Shown: piece after piece, positions 31,415 through 41,580 of the stretch
Layout of the letters: the number at the start of each line of letters is the position of its first letter
Numbering within the stretch: the stretch's first letter is position 1
Assembly (NCBI GenBank): GCA_963810275.1
Contig: CAWENF010000019.1
Span: 155,433 to 219,432, forward strand
Direction: 5' to 3'
Source of the DNA: an uncultured archaeon
GTDB taxonomy: Archaea > Thermoproteota > Bathyarchaeia > Bathyarchaeales > Bathycorpusculaceae
DNA: 64,000 nt
Position numbers and translations under genes: made by a program
The notes under the pieces: model-generated
The model's input: only the letters and a program-made list of their open reading frames with translations
The model's database searches: none
Told to the model about the DNA's origin: nothing

Positions 31415-31924
31415 ATGAAAACCGAACTTTGCAGTTTCTGCCTGAAAAGCGGCATATTATGCCAGAAGTGTTCAGCTAAAGTGAAGGCTGGCGAAATCAG
31501 TGACTTAGACCTGAAAATCGCCCGTTTACTGCTCAACTTAGAAGAGAAGTATCCTTCCCTGCAAAACGTCTGCTTCTATAAAGCAGTTGACGTTGAAAGA
31601 ACATTAGCCATCCTCGTCGGCCACGGTGATGTACCTAAACTTTTAGGGTACGGGGGCAAAATCGTGAAAGCCATTGGTGACGAAACCCGCAAAAATGTGC
31701 GCGTACTCGAATACGGGGTTGATGATCGCAAATTCCTCGAAGACCTTTTTGTGCCGTTTAACATCTTAACCATAAACACAATTTGGCTCCCAGACGGAAC
31801 AACCGAGACCCGAGTCATCTTAAGACGTAAACGCGGAGCACAACTGCCAATGGACCTTAAAGCGCTTAAGGAAATTGCAAATAAAACACGTAACATGTCT
31901 TTACGTGTGGAAATTGCGGACTAA
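31415..31924 (+). CDS. NusA-like KH-domain transcription factor (Zn-finger N-terminus)
   Basis: CSFCLKSGILCQKC, LLGYGGKIVK KH loop, INTIWLPDG. Confidence 0.8.
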   Translation: MKTELCSFCLKSGILCQKCSAKVKAGEISDLDLKIARLLLNLEEKYPSLQNVCFYKAVDVERTLAILVGHGDVPKLLGYGGKIVKAIGDETRKNVRVLEYGVDDRKFLEDLFVPFNILTINTIWLPDGTTETRVILRRKRGAQLPMDLKALKEIANKTRNMSLRVEIAD

Positions 31925-31930
31925 AACAGG

Positions 31931-33262
31931 GTGGCAAGCAGAATGAACTTGGACTCTATCGGCGACTGGGTTAGAAGTAATTACACTAACCAAGTTTCCC
32001 CTGACCTTGACGGCAAAGAAGTCACACTCTTTGGCTGGGTTCAAGAAGTCCGCGACTTAGGCGGTTTACGCTTCATAATTCTCCAGGACCGCGAGGGAAC
32101 AGTCCAAATCACCATCCCCAAAAAAAGTGTCTCCCCCGAAGTTTTAGCCAAATCCGATTTACTTCAGAAACGCTTCAGCTTCGCCGTCCGCGGCACCGTT
32201 AAAAAAACTAACATGACTAAACGCGGCGTCGAAGTTATCCCAATAGAAATCAAGGTTTTTAGCACTGCAACCGAGCAGCTGCCAATCGACATCACTGGCA
32301 AAACCCCAGCAAACATCGAAATCCGCTTAGACGCACGCCCACTCGACCTCACATTAGAAACCAGTTTGGCAGCGTTTAAAATCCAGCATGTCGCCCTGCA
32401 AGCAATCCGCAGCTTCTTCTATGACAAAGGCTTCATGGAAGCCCACAGCCCACGCATCATCGCCTCCGCAACAGAGGGCGGCGCCGAACTATTCTGCGTT
32501 GACTACTTCGGACAAAAAGCCTACCTCGCCCAGAGCCCACAACTCTACAAAGAAGAATTAACCCTTAGCTTTGAGAACGTGTTTGAAGTCGGACCCTTCT
32601 TCCGAGCTGAAGAATCCCACACACGACGTCATCTAAGCGAATTTACCTCAGTAGACATCGAAATGGCATTCGAAGATGCTAACCGCGTCATGGAAGTGCT
32701 TGAGCAAGTCATAAACCACACCTTCAAAGTGGTAGCTGAGAAGTGCCAAGCTGACCTCGCACTCTTAGGCCATACCCTTGAAGTGCCCGCGCTTCCATTC
32801 AAACGCTTCACCTACACTCAGGTGCTTGAAGAACTCAAAGCACACGGCGTAGAAATCCCCTGGGGCGAAGACATCTCAACCGACGCCTTCCGCACACTGG
32901 GCGAAATCCACCCGTACTTCTACTTCGTCACTGACTGGCCAACCCACGCTAAAGCGTTTTACATCAAACCCTCCGAGGCTGACCCTAAAATCAGCGAGGG
33001 TTTCGACTTGATGTTTGGCTACATAGAGTTGACTTCGGGCGGCACTCGTATCTGTGACAAAAACCAGCTAATCGAACGCCTACAGGAAAAGGGCTTAAAC
33101 CCGGACTCGTTTAAGATGCACCTGCAAGCCTTCGACTACGGTATGCCTCCGCACGCAGGCTGGGCAATCGGCTTAGAGCGGCTGACGATGATTTTGACGG
33201 GTATCAAGAACATCCGTGAAGTCACGTTGTATCCCAGAGACCGCGTCAGATTAACACCATAA
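31931..33262 (+). CDS. aspS: Aspartate--tRNA ligase (archaeal, probably non-discriminating Asp/Asn)
   Basis: GWVQEVRDLGG, ATEGGAELF, YLAQSPQLYK, FRAE, RHLSEF and GMPPHAGWAIGLERL motifs. Confidence 0.96.
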   Translation: MASRMNLDSIGDWVRSNYTNQVSPDLDGKEVTLFGWVQEVRDLGGLRFIILQDREGTVQITIPKKSVSPEVLAKSDLLQKRFSFAVRGTVKKTNMTKRGVEVIPIEIKVFSTATEQLPIDITGKTPANIEIRLDARPLDLTLETSLAAFKIQHVALQAIRSFFYDKGFMEAHSPRIIASATEGGAELFCVDYFGQKAYLAQSPQLYKEELTLSFENVFEVGPFFRAEESHTRRHLSEFTSVDIEMAFEDANRVMEVLEQVINHTFKVVAEKCQADLALLGHTLEVPALPFKRFTYTQVLEELKAHGVEIPWGEDISTDAFRTLGEIHPYFYFVTDWPTHAKAFYIKPSEADPKISEGFDLMFGYIELTSGGTRICDKNQLIERLQEKGLNPDSFKMHLQAFDYGMPPHAGWAIGLERLTMILTGIKNIREVTLYPRDRVRLTP

Positions 33263-33331
33263 TCCAAGCGGCCTCTCAACGGGGACTACTCCTTTATTTT
33301 CTTAGCAGCCGTCTTTTTACTTGGGTGCTTG

Positions 33332-34696
33332 TTAGTTTCCTATGTCTTTGTACGCTAAGGCGTAGAGGTCAGCTGATACATACACGTGTCCATATGCAGC
33401 TATGGGCTGAAGAAGCGAGTGGTCAAAGTGATCCGTTTTGATAGTTGATAGATTTGTTCTATTCACGACCCATACGTCGTTTTTTATCGTTAAAAATACC
33501 GTGTTTTTAAGAATTGCCACTCCTAAAATGGGGTTGTTTTGAGTGAGCAACCCCCCTTCACCGGTTCCTCGAACCTGTGTTTTTGTTAGGTTTTGTCCTG
33601 TTTCTAAATCCATTCTATATAGTGTGCCCTCATAAGTGAAGTTGCTTGTTGACCCGATTTGGCTTGTTGTGCCCGCTGCCCAGTATATCTCTTTATTTTC
33701 TGTATCAACTACGACGGGTGAAACCCCTGTTTCTGAAGGGAAGCCATTGTTTAGCTGCGTTTGCCAAGCCAAGGTGCCGTTTGAAATGTTAAGCGCATAA
33801 AAGTATCCGTTTTTTGCCGCAAACAGCAATTGGTCACCGACTATAAGCGGTTCATAGATTGTTGCCCCGAGGTTAAAACTCCAAGCTTTAACGCCTGAGG
33901 AAATAGTTAAGGCAATTATTCTCTCCTGTGGTTGATTTCTACCCCCGAAATTCGATAGAATAACTTTGTTTTGATAGGTCAACGGTGCATTGTGGGTGTC
34001 GCCTTCGATACCCCACTGAACTGTTCCCTTGTCAGGGTCAACGCAGTAAATACCCATTTTTACTCCATCTCCGCTGTAATATATCCCTCTGCCCAAGGTC
34101 AGTTTACCTTCAAAAGACCAAATATGTTCAGTGTATGGTATGTTAACGGGGTTTAACATCGACGGTGGGTTTGATTTCCAAAGCTCTTCTCCAGATGCGA
34201 TGTAATATGCGTTACACCCATCCTGTTCAATGAATATCCGTCTGTCCGCTACAGAAAACGCTTGAGGCGGACCTTTCCAGCTGGTACTGAGCAATCCAGC
34301 ATATTGCAGCATCAATTCCCCTGTGGATTCATCAAGCGCTTGTATTAAGCTACGACCGATACCTACGTAGACGACTCCGTCCTTAACCAGGATGCCGCCA
34401 GACCGCCAGCCTCCCACAATGGTTTGCCATACTACTTTGCCGTTTTGGGCATCAAAACATGTCAAGTTGCCGTAATCATCAAGAACAAAAAATTTTCCTC
34501 GTCAACTTCAATGGTGTTAGCGAACTGTTCCAGGTCAAGTTTGAATAATTCTTCAGTTGCTGTGGTGCTGTCCTGTTCTTGCAGTGGCTTGTAAGCGTTT
34601 ATCAAAAAAGCTGCCAGCAATACCGCCACTTTCAAAGCAGTGGTGACTAGTATGGCTTTTTTTGGGTACGGGGCTTTTTGGCTTGTGTTTAGCCAT
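33332..34696 (-). CDS. PQQ-like beta-propeller repeat surface protein (frameshift near 34495)
   Basis: Repeated xDAxxGxxxW / ALxxxxGxxxW motifs; N-terminal basic plus hydrophobic signal anchor from ATG34696 in another frame. Confidence 0.75.
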
Positions 34697-34976
34697 GGAT
34701 GAGGTTTGAGCCTTATGGGTTATAACATTTACTTATAGCGATAAACTTGCCCATCTCTATTGGTGCTGTGTTCGCCTTTCTATCATGCACAAGAGGCTGC
34801 TGCGTGTTTTTGGGCGCTATATCTTTCTTTTGCTCGCTGATAGAAAAGTCACCTGTAACGTTTTATAATTTTTAGCGTCAGGTTTGTTAAACTTCATTTA
34901 CTTATTGCACCAGTAACCTAAAACCCTGCTATTCCCTTAACTAATTTATCCACACACTAATTCTATTGGCGATCGG

Positions 34977-35330
34977 TTACGCCGCCATTACCAGTATCCA
35001 CTTTACTGAGCCGCATGTTCGGCAGGGCGGGAACGTTTCCGTTTTTGAGAGTGGGATGCGTGCGTTTTCTCCTTTGTCTTTGCAGAAATGCTCATACAAC
35101 CCGGATTCGGGACATTTTTCGCCTGTGCTGAACTTTTTGGGTTGTTTCTTTTTGGTAGCCTTCGCCTTGGGAGCGGTTTTAGTTTTTAGAGACGCTGTTT
35201 TAGCTTTGGCAACAACAACTTTTTTAGCTACTTTAGGTTTAGCCACAGCTTTCACAGCCTTTTTAGCTTTAGCTGGTTTTGCAGCTTTGGATTTAGGCGC
35301 AGCCTTCTTAACGGGTTTCTTTTCTGGCAT
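34977..35330 (-). CDS. Lys/Ala/Pro-rich (histone H1-like) protein with C-terminal YjzC-like zinc ribbon
   Basis: PEKKPVKKAAPKSKAAKPAKAKKAVK... followed by FSTGEKCPESGLY...TFPPCRTC...W. Confidence 0.8.
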   Translation of the reverse strand: MPEKKPVKKAAPKSKAAKPAKAKKAVKAVAKPKVAKKVVVAKAKTASLKTKTAPKAKATKKKQPKKFSTGEKCPESGLYEHFCKDKGENARIPLSKTETFPPCRTCGSVKWILVMAA

Positions 35331-35610
35331 TTAAATCAAACATTGATTTGGACAAGTTATGGGTAATAAGCTTTCATAACATTAACAGATATACGTAGAC
35401 GACAATCCACCGCTAAAACAGCTTTTTTCCCAAAAATAACAATGTCCCCACCTTTTCGGCTGTTTGGGCAATGTACAACCAACTTCAACCAGTAAGAACG
35501 CCGCAACAACGCCCGAATACAAAACGCAAACACCCACTCAAAGGCTATAAGAAGATGTGTGAAGCAGTCTCCTTCACCTCATCTTCTATTTCAAAAAAAC
35601 CAAAAACTTG

Positions 35611-36225
35611 CTAAAGCACTTTAGTTAAGGTTTCCATATTAAAAATCGTGTTAGCACAACCGTTCTTAATCAGCGGAATAGCCTGACCCCGAACATCCAA
35701 AACCGGCAGCATATTACCCATCAGCTTCATCTCTTCTCCACAGGCAACGCCAACCACGCCTTCATAACTATTGTTTTTTAGGATCTTAGGAATACAGGAC
35801 CCGCCAGGAACAATATACACATCATAACCTTTGCCCTGAGCAAAACGAGTAGCCTTATTCACAATACAATCCTCACTGCACTGCGCACAAACATACGTTG
35901 GAATACTAGGCTCAAAAGTCGCTTTACACCGACTATCCATAAACTTGCGACTACAATGCGGCAGAAAAACCGCCCGTTTCTGGGTCTCCAAAAAACCTTT
36001 ACGCTCTTTTAGGTTAATCGCCTGTAAATCAATAAGGTCCTCAAGTAAAAGCACTGCATCCGAGAGATTAAGTCCTGTTGCTTCTTGGATTTTAAATTTT
36101 ATAATTAACTCTTGGGCAGTTTCCAGCAGTCTCTTGTGCATGCCCTTTTGGTAACTAAGCAATGTCAACTCTGTGAAAAAGAACCTAGGCACCTCAGACA
36201 AGTCAAACGTAAACTTATAGGGCAT
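35611..36225 (-). CDS. DUF116-family protein
   Basis: FLPHC, CAQCSEDC, YIVPGGS, GVACG and PLIKNGC motifs. Confidence 0.8.
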   Translation of the reverse strand: MPYKFTFDLSEVPRFFFTELTLLSYQKGMHKRLLETAQELIIKFKIQEATGLNLSDAVLLLEDLIDLQAINLKERKGFLETQKRAVFLPHCSRKFMDSRCKATFEPSIPTYVCAQCSEDCIVNKATRFAQGKGYDVYIVPGGSCIPKILKNNSYEGVVGVACGEEMKLMGNMLPVLDVRGQAIPLIKNGCANTIFNMETLTKVL

Positions 36226-36265
36226 GAGCTAGCAATGCCATAACGGGCTTAAAAAAATAACTGTG

Positions 36266-36514
36266 TCACACATATTTTTTGTCAGGGTTTTTCCTTTCTA
36301 GATCCATCCCTAAAATCTCTTTGATGTCTCTGAGTTCTTCACGTAGCCCCATAACTTCAACCTCTAATTCTTCCGCTTTCAATTCCACATCGGATTTGAT
36401 TTTGCCCAGCGACTCACTCTCAATCAATGTGATACTATCGTTCAGGTTAGATGTAACCTCCCTTAACTGTTTCCGAATCTGCTTCAGTATGGTTACAGCT
36501 TCGTGCAACTGCAA
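36266..36514 (-). CDS. Hypothetical coiled-coil protein
   Basis: 82 aa heptad-rich ORF co-oriented between tfb and the DUF116 gene. Confidence 0.55.
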   Translation of the reverse strand: MQLHEAVTILKQIRKQLREVTSNLNDSITLIESESLGKIKSDVELKAEELEVEVMGLREELRDIKEILGMDLERKNPDKKYV

Positions 36515-36579
36515 CTTCTGGTACTCTTTACCCTCAAACTTAGCCAGAAACCTGCACCAACAAAAAAAGGAAAAAGGTT

Positions 36580-37545
36580 TTAGATGCTTATCTGGAACAT
36601 CAAGCGGTCAACAAGTTCCTTGTAGCGGTTACGAATCGTAACTTCAGTGACCTGAGCAATCTCTGCTATTTCCCGCTGTGTCTTACGCTCACCCGTCAAA
36701 ACCGACGCCACGTAACTTGCTGCTGCAGCTATTCCCGTAGGCCCCCTGCCAGAAGTCAACTTGAGTTCTTTTGCAGCCGCCAAAATCTTGTGTGCAATTT
36801 CCTCCACTTTCCCCTGCATCGTCAGCTGATTGGAGAACTTGGTGATGTACTGGCTTGGGCGCAACGGCGGAATCGAATAATTAAGTTCTCGAATTAGGAA
36901 TCTGTAGCTTCTGCCCACTTCTTTCTTGTTAACTGTAGATGCCTGCGAAATTTCGTCAAGCGTACGAGGCAACCCGCATTGCCTACATGCAAGGTACAGG
37001 GCAGCGGAGGTGACACCTTGAATTGAGCGCCCCCTGATTAATCGTTCCTTGACGGCTTTGCGGTAAATCACCGAAGCCGTTTCCAAAATGTTTTTGGGCA
37101 AATTGAGGTTGTTAGAAATCTTTGTGATTTCAGAGAGTGCAAACGCCAAGTTCCGCTCGGTTGCATCGGAAACTCTGATGCGACGTTGCCATTTGCGCAA
37201 GCGATAAACTTGTGCTTTCTGTCCTGGAGAGAGGCTTTTGCCATAGATGTCTCGGTCATGCCAGTCGATGGTGGTTGAAAGGCCTTTATCGTGTATGGTG
37301 TATGTTAGGGGTGCACCGACACGGGTGCGTTTGGATCTTTGCTCGTCATCGAATGCACGCCATTCTGGTCCGCGGTCGGCGAGTTTCTGCTGAACAACCA
37401 TGCCGCACTCCATGCAAACTATCTCAGCTGCTTCAGAATCGTGCATAAGACGTTGACTTCCGCATTCAGGGCAAACCCGAGCCTTGTAAGGTTCGCTTTT
37501 AGCTGCGGATGCATCTTCTACTTCTAACTTGCTATTTCTGATCAT
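36580..37545 (-). CDS. tfb: Transcription initiation factor IIB (TFB)
   Basis: CPECG...CMECG zinc ribbon, GPEWRAF, two cyclin repeats, [13 protein letters not shown]. Confidence 0.97.
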   Translation of the reverse strand: MIRNSKLEVEDASAAKSEPYKARVCPECGSQRLMHDSEAAEIVCMECGMVVQQKLADRGPEWRAFDDEQRSKRTRVGAPLTYTIHDKGLSTTIDWHDRDIYGKSLSPGQKAQVYRLRKWQRRIRVSDATERNLAFALSEITKISNNLNLPKNILETASVIYRKAVKERLIRGRSIQGVTSAALYLACRQCGLPRTLDEISQASTVNKKEVGRSYRFLIRELNYSIPPLRPSQYITKFSNQLTMQGKVEEIAHKILAAAKELKLTSGRGPTGIAAAASYVASVLTGERKTQREIAEIAQVTEVTIRNRYKELVDRLMFQISI

Positions 37546-37795
37546 TGTCTCTTTTGCTCCGTTTCGTCTTCGAGAGAAGCAAGTACACCTGTTTATTCTG
37601 TAGTTTAGCAGGTTCTCTGACTGATGGTTTAATTACTGCATAAGGTGCTGAGACTGGGCCAATTACGTCAAAAATACGCCCAATGACTGTTAAGTTCTCG
37701 TCGACAACTTGGGAGCCGATTTGTGGAGTGTTGTTAGCTTTAACTATGGCGTTTCCTGAAGGAGATACATTTGTTATTCTGCCCAGTTTTTGCAA
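37532..37795 (-). CDS. gar1: H/ACA RNP protein Gar1/Naf1
   Basis: [28 protein letters not shown]; classic gar1-tfb adjacency; TTG start at 37795. Confidence 0.88.
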   Translation of the reverse strand: MQKLGRITNVSPSGNAIVKANNTPQIGSQVVDENLTVIGRIFDVIGPVSAPYAVIKPSVREPAKLQNKQVYLLLSKTKRSKRDNDQK

Positions 37796-37900
37796 ACGTG
37801 TTTCCCCTCTCGAAAACCATGTAGGTAGCCGTAGCTCGGCTTTTAAACGTTTCTGGACCTTGCTTGCTGCGAAGGCGCTATATGCGTCTTTGCGTAGAAA

Positions 37901-37915
37901 GCTTATTAAATAAGC
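37901..37915. promoter_or_regulatory. Palindromic AT-rich element (candidate TATA box) between divergent gar1 and rpl7ae
   Basis: GCTTATT-A-AATAAGC perfect inverted repeat. Confidence 0.45.
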
Positions 37916-37961
37916 AGTGTGAGTAAGACTGTGCCTTAACAAAAGGGTGAGGCTAAGAAAT

Positions 37962-38342
37962 ATGTCAAAACCATTCTATGTAAAGTATGAAGTCCCAAAA
38001 GAACTCGTAGATGCAGCCTATGAAGCCCTAACAATTGCTTCAAAATCAGGATCTGTTAGGAAAGGAACCAACGAAGCCACCAAAGCAGTGGAACGAAACC
38101 AAGCAAAACTCGTTATCATCGCCGAAGATGTTGACCCCCCAGAAGTCATCGCTCACTTACCGCTACTCTGTGATGAACGCAAAATTCCATATGTCTTTGT
38201 GCCAAGCAAAGAGCAACTCGGCAAATCCATCGGTATCGACGTTCCATGCGCAGCAGCATGCATCATGAGAGAAGGCGAAGCCGCAGGTCTAATAAAAGAA
38301 ATCGTGACACGTATCGATCAGGTTAAACGAGGCACTCAGTAA
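37962..38342 (+). CDS. rpl7ae: 50S ribosomal protein L7Ae
   Basis: [22 protein letters not shown] and IPYVFVPSK motifs. Confidence 0.97.
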   Translation: MSKPFYVKYEVPKELVDAAYEALTIASKSGSVRKGTNEATKAVERNQAKLVIIAEDVDPPEVIAHLPLLCDERKIPYVFVPSKEQLGKSIGIDVPCAAACIMREGEAAGLIKEIVTRIDQVKRGTQ

Positions 38343-38343
38343 T

Positions 38344-38565
38344 ATGAGTAGCAAAGATATGTTGGAAGAGCAAGTTCCCGCGGAAGTAATTCAAATCATC
38401 GGTCGCACTGGCGTTACTGGCGAAATCACACAGGTCAGAGTTCGCATTATGGAAGGCAAAGACAAAGGCAGAATCATTACTCGCAACGTTAAAGGACCCG
38501 TCCGCGTACAAGATATATTGATGCTTCGAGAAACTGAACGTGAAGCAAAGAAACTCACAAGATAA
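38344..38565 (+). CDS. rps28e: 30S ribosomal protein S28e
   Basis: [12 protein letters not shown]...RNVKGPVR...LRETEREA. Confidence 0.97.
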   Translation: MSSKDMLEEQVPAEVIQIIGRTGVTGEITQVRVRIMEGKDKGRIITRNVKGPVRVQDILMLRETEREAKKLTR

Positions 38566-38585
38566 CCTGACATGGAGACTTTGTC

Positions 38586-38783
38586 ATGCCAAAACCGAGA
38601 AAATGTTCATTCTGTGGTGCTGAATTCCCAGCTGGCACAGGCATGATGTACGTTAAAAATGACGGCTCAATTCTCTGGTATGATTCCAGTAAATGTAAAA
38701 AGAGCAGTCTATCGTTCAAACGTGACGCACGCAAGCTGAAGTGGACTCAGTACTTTGGTAAAGAAGAGAAAGGCAAAGGGTAA
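38586..38783 (+). CDS. rpl24e: 50S ribosomal protein L24e
   Basis: CSFCG...GTGMMYVKNDG...SSKC...RKLKWT. Confidence 0.96.
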   Translation: MPKPRKCSFCGAEFPAGTGMMYVKNDGSILWYDSSKCKKSSLSFKRDARKLKWTQYFGKEEKGKG

Positions 38784-39225
38784 TCCCGCCTTTTTTCTGT
38801 GATTCCTACTATTTAGTTTTTTTAGTTATCTGTCTAAGCTGGTTTGGTTTTATCTCTTTTGTTAGTGTATTGGTTCATAGCCACCCTGAACGACTTATGT
38901 CTGTGTTTGCTTTCTGGGTTCGAGCTGTTTCTGTACGCTTGACGTGTGGCAGTGGCGTTTTCTACCCCAAGAATACTCGAACATACTGAACAGCGTGATT
39001 TACGTGTGTGCCATGTTATCTTTTTGTACTAACGGCGTCTAAGGCGCTAATTTTTGTTTTTGAATAAAAAAGAGGTGCAATTATTCTGTGGTTTCTCGGG
39101 CTTGTTAGACTGCTGATTTGGGGGTCTGTGTTTAGGGTGCGTTGCCTACTGGTTGTGTCAAGTGGTATTTTGTTTTTTGACCTAATGCTTATCTTCTGCT
39201 ACACTTTACTGAACTTAGGATACCT

Positions 39226-39525
39226 ATGCCGATGTTTCTAGCTAAGCGGGAAGTATTCGATTGGTTGCTGTCGGGCAAAAAAACTGTTGACGTGCGTAAG
39301 GGTGGTCCGATTGGGGGAAGTACTGCTGTTTTTTTGTGTGGTCCACGGCGATTAACACTTCGAGTGGTTAGCAGGCAGTCGGGTTTGTTGGGTGAGGTTA
39401 TGCATGAAGGGAATTTTAGGCAGGTGATTCCTTCTGCTGGATGCTTGGATGAGGCGTTAGCTTATTTTTGTAGGTTGTATAGGGTTTGTGATGGGGTTTT
39501 TACGGCGTATTACGTTGTGCCTTGA
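39226..39525 (+). CDS. ASCH-domain protein
   Basis: FDWLLSGKKTVDVRK ASCH signature. Confidence 0.7.
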   Translation: MPMFLAKREVFDWLLSGKKTVDVRKGGPIGGSTAVFLCGPRRLTLRVVSRQSGLLGEVMHEGNFRQVIPSAGCLDEALAYFCRLYRVCDGVFTAYYVVP

Positions 39526-39634
39526 ACGGTTTTTGGCGATTTTTTGCGGAAAGGGCTGGCTTGTTTGTTTTCTGTATTTTATTCAGATAGTATATTTTAC
39601 GTTTTTCGTAAAAATAGTGTGTAAAACGTTATGC

Positions 39635-39641
39635 TTAAATA
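39635..39641 (+). promoter_or_regulatory. Putative TATA box of the dap operon
   Basis: TTAAATA about 45 nt upstream of the dapA TTG. Confidence 0.45.
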
Positions 39642-39686
39642 TGCTGTCGCGTATCTGTTTGGGTTGACTCTTAGAAGGAATCAAAT

Positions 39687-40724
39687 TTGGTCACATTCAA
39701 CGGTTGCTACACTGCACTAATAACTCCCATGAACCGTAATCGTGAAATCGATTACGAAGGATTACAGCAAATAGTAGAGTTCCAAGTTAAAGGCGGTGTC
39801 GCAGGTATCCTAGGCGTCGGCACCACAGGCGAAAGCCCCACCCTTGACTGGAGAGACCACAGCAAAGTTATCGAGAAAATCCATGAGTACTCAACCGGAA
39901 AAAGCACAACTATTGCCGGCACAGGAAGCAACAGCACCCAAGAAACCATGGCTGGTACCCAAGACGCCTACAACGTTGGCGTACGCGCCGTGCTACTGGT
40001 TGACCCGTACTACAATGGACCCAGCTCCATCGAAATCCGCAAAGAATACGTGGAGCCCATAGCAAAGCGGTTCCCCGAAGTTCAAGTCATACCCTACATC
40101 ATCCCCGGCAGAACCGGTACCCAAATGTACCCACAAGACCTCGCAATCCTACACGAAAAGTATCCTAACGTACGTTGCGTAAAGGAAGCAACAGGCGACC
40201 TCAAGAACATGGAGTTAACCCGCAAACTCTGCGGAGAGGATTTTGACATTTTAAGCGGTGACGATAGCAAAACCCTCATCATGATGGTTTCGCCTGACAT
40301 CCGCGCAAACGGCGCCATCTCGGTTGTCTCAAATATAGCCCCAGCAGCAGTATCAACCATGCTCCATTACATTATTGACGGTAACGAGGAAGCCGCCAAC
40401 ACAATAGCGCAAGCACTCCAGCCTCTATTCGACATAATAACAGTGAAAACCCAAGAGCAAACCCATTACGGACCCGTCCTATGTAGAGCAAGAAACCCCG
40501 TTGGCTACAAGACACTGATGAACGTTATGGGCTTACCCGCTGGACCATGCAGGCAACCTCTGGGCAAAATGACACGCGCAGGCATCGAAGTGGTTGTGGC
40601 AGCTGCACGCAAAGTTTACGAGACTAACCCGCAGATTCTTGAACCCGCCGCCGAATTCTTCGACGTAGATCTAAGTGAACGACTCTACAATGAGAAGTAC
40701 ATAGAAGGCTTCTACTATGCTTAA
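39687..40724 (+). CDS. dapA: 4-hydroxy-tetrahydrodipicolinate synthase
   Basis: ALITPM, GTTGESPTL, PYYN, YIIPGRTG, KEATG and LSGDD motifs. Confidence 0.94.
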   Translation: MVTFNGCYTALITPMNRNREIDYEGLQQIVEFQVKGGVAGILGVGTTGESPTLDWRDHSKVIEKIHEYSTGKSTTIAGTGSNSTQETMAGTQDAYNVGVRAVLLVDPYYNGPSSIEIRKEYVEPIAKRFPEVQVIPYIIPGRTGTQMYPQDLAILHEKYPNVRCVKEATGDLKNMELTRKLCGEDFDILSGDDSKTLIMMVSPDIRANGAISVVSNIAPAAVSTMLHYIIDGNEEAANTIAQALQPLFDIITVKTQEQTHYGPVLCRARNPVGYKTLMNVMGLPAGPCRQPLGKMTRAGIEVVVAAARKVYETNPQILEPAAEFFDVDLSERLYNEKYIEGFYYA

Positions 40725-41508
40725 GCTCTGCGTTGCAGGCGCTTCGGGCAGGATGGGTCAAGCCATCATTAACGAAGCCATCGCCAAAGGGCACCAAGTT
40801 GTCGGGGCAATTGAAGCTCCCTGTTCACCAGCTGTTGGAAAAACTCTTCAAGAACTCGGCATGAACTCTGGCGCAGCCATTCTAAGTGCCGAAAAACTTA
40901 GCCAAGCACTCAGTGACGCTGACACATTCATCTCCTTCACGGTGCCAGCAGCAGACTTAATCAACGTACCCATCGCAGCCGATATGGGGAAACGCGTCAT
41001 TTTGGGCACAACAGGATTCACAGCTGATCAAAATCGACAAGTCACAGCGGCAATGTCGGGCATAGTCCCCGCCGTGTTCTCACCAAACTACAGCGTCGGA
41101 GTCAACATCCTATTCAAAATTGCCGAGCAACTCAAAGCATTCCCAGCAGGCTTCGACGTAAGTCTAAGCGAAATCCACCACACGGGTAAAAAAGACGCCC
41201 CCAGCGGTACGGCAAAGAAGCTTGAGCAAATCGTCTTGAAAGCCCGTGGCTACACAAAAACCGTGTACGGGCGTGAAGGATTAAGCCCACGCCAACCAGC
41301 TGAACTTGAGTCCGTTGCGATGCGGGCAGGTGGAGTTCCTGGTATCCACGACATCATAGTTGCAGGACCTAACGAGATGCTGCGAATCGAGCATTTAGCG
41401 TTTACTCGAAATGTGTTCGCACAGGGCGCAGTGTTAGCCGCTGAATGGCTAAGCAAGCAAACTGAGCCAAAAATGTACACGATGTCTGATGTGCTGGGAT
41501 TAGCTTAA
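40717..41508 (+). CDS. dapB: 4-hydroxy-tetrahydrodipicolinate reductase
   Basis: GASGRMG, GTTG, PNYSVGVN and EIHHTGKKDAPSGTA motifs. Confidence 0.95.
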   Translation: MLKLCVAGASGRMGQAIINEAIAKGHQVVGAIEAPCSPAVGKTLQELGMNSGAAILSAEKLSQALSDADTFISFTVPAADLINVPIAADMGKRVILGTTGFTADQNRQVTAAMSGIVPAVFSPNYSVGVNILFKIAEQLKAFPAGFDVSLSEIHHTGKKDAPSGTAKKLEQIVLKARGYTKTVYGREGLSPRQPAELESVAMRAGGVPGIHDIIVAGPNEMLRIEHLAFTRNVFAQGAVLAAEWLSKQTEPKMYTMSDVLGLA

Positions 41509-41580
41509 CTAGAAAAATCCAACCATTAACTTTTTTATCAAGAACCTCGATAAAACAAACTGCAACAGGAAGAAACTGAA

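Noticed and set aside
34966-35334. 122-aa hydrophobic ORF on the + strand
   Set aside because: Antisense shadow of the Lys/Ala-rich gene.
37796-37942. N-terminal extension of the gar1 ORF
   Set aside because: It runs through the divergent promoter; Gar1 similarity starts at TTG37795.
39526-39686. Lysine riboswitch upstream of dapA
   Set aside because: The TATA-like box is only ~45 nt from the start, leaving no room for a ~170-nt aptamer, and the region is T-rich and unstructured.
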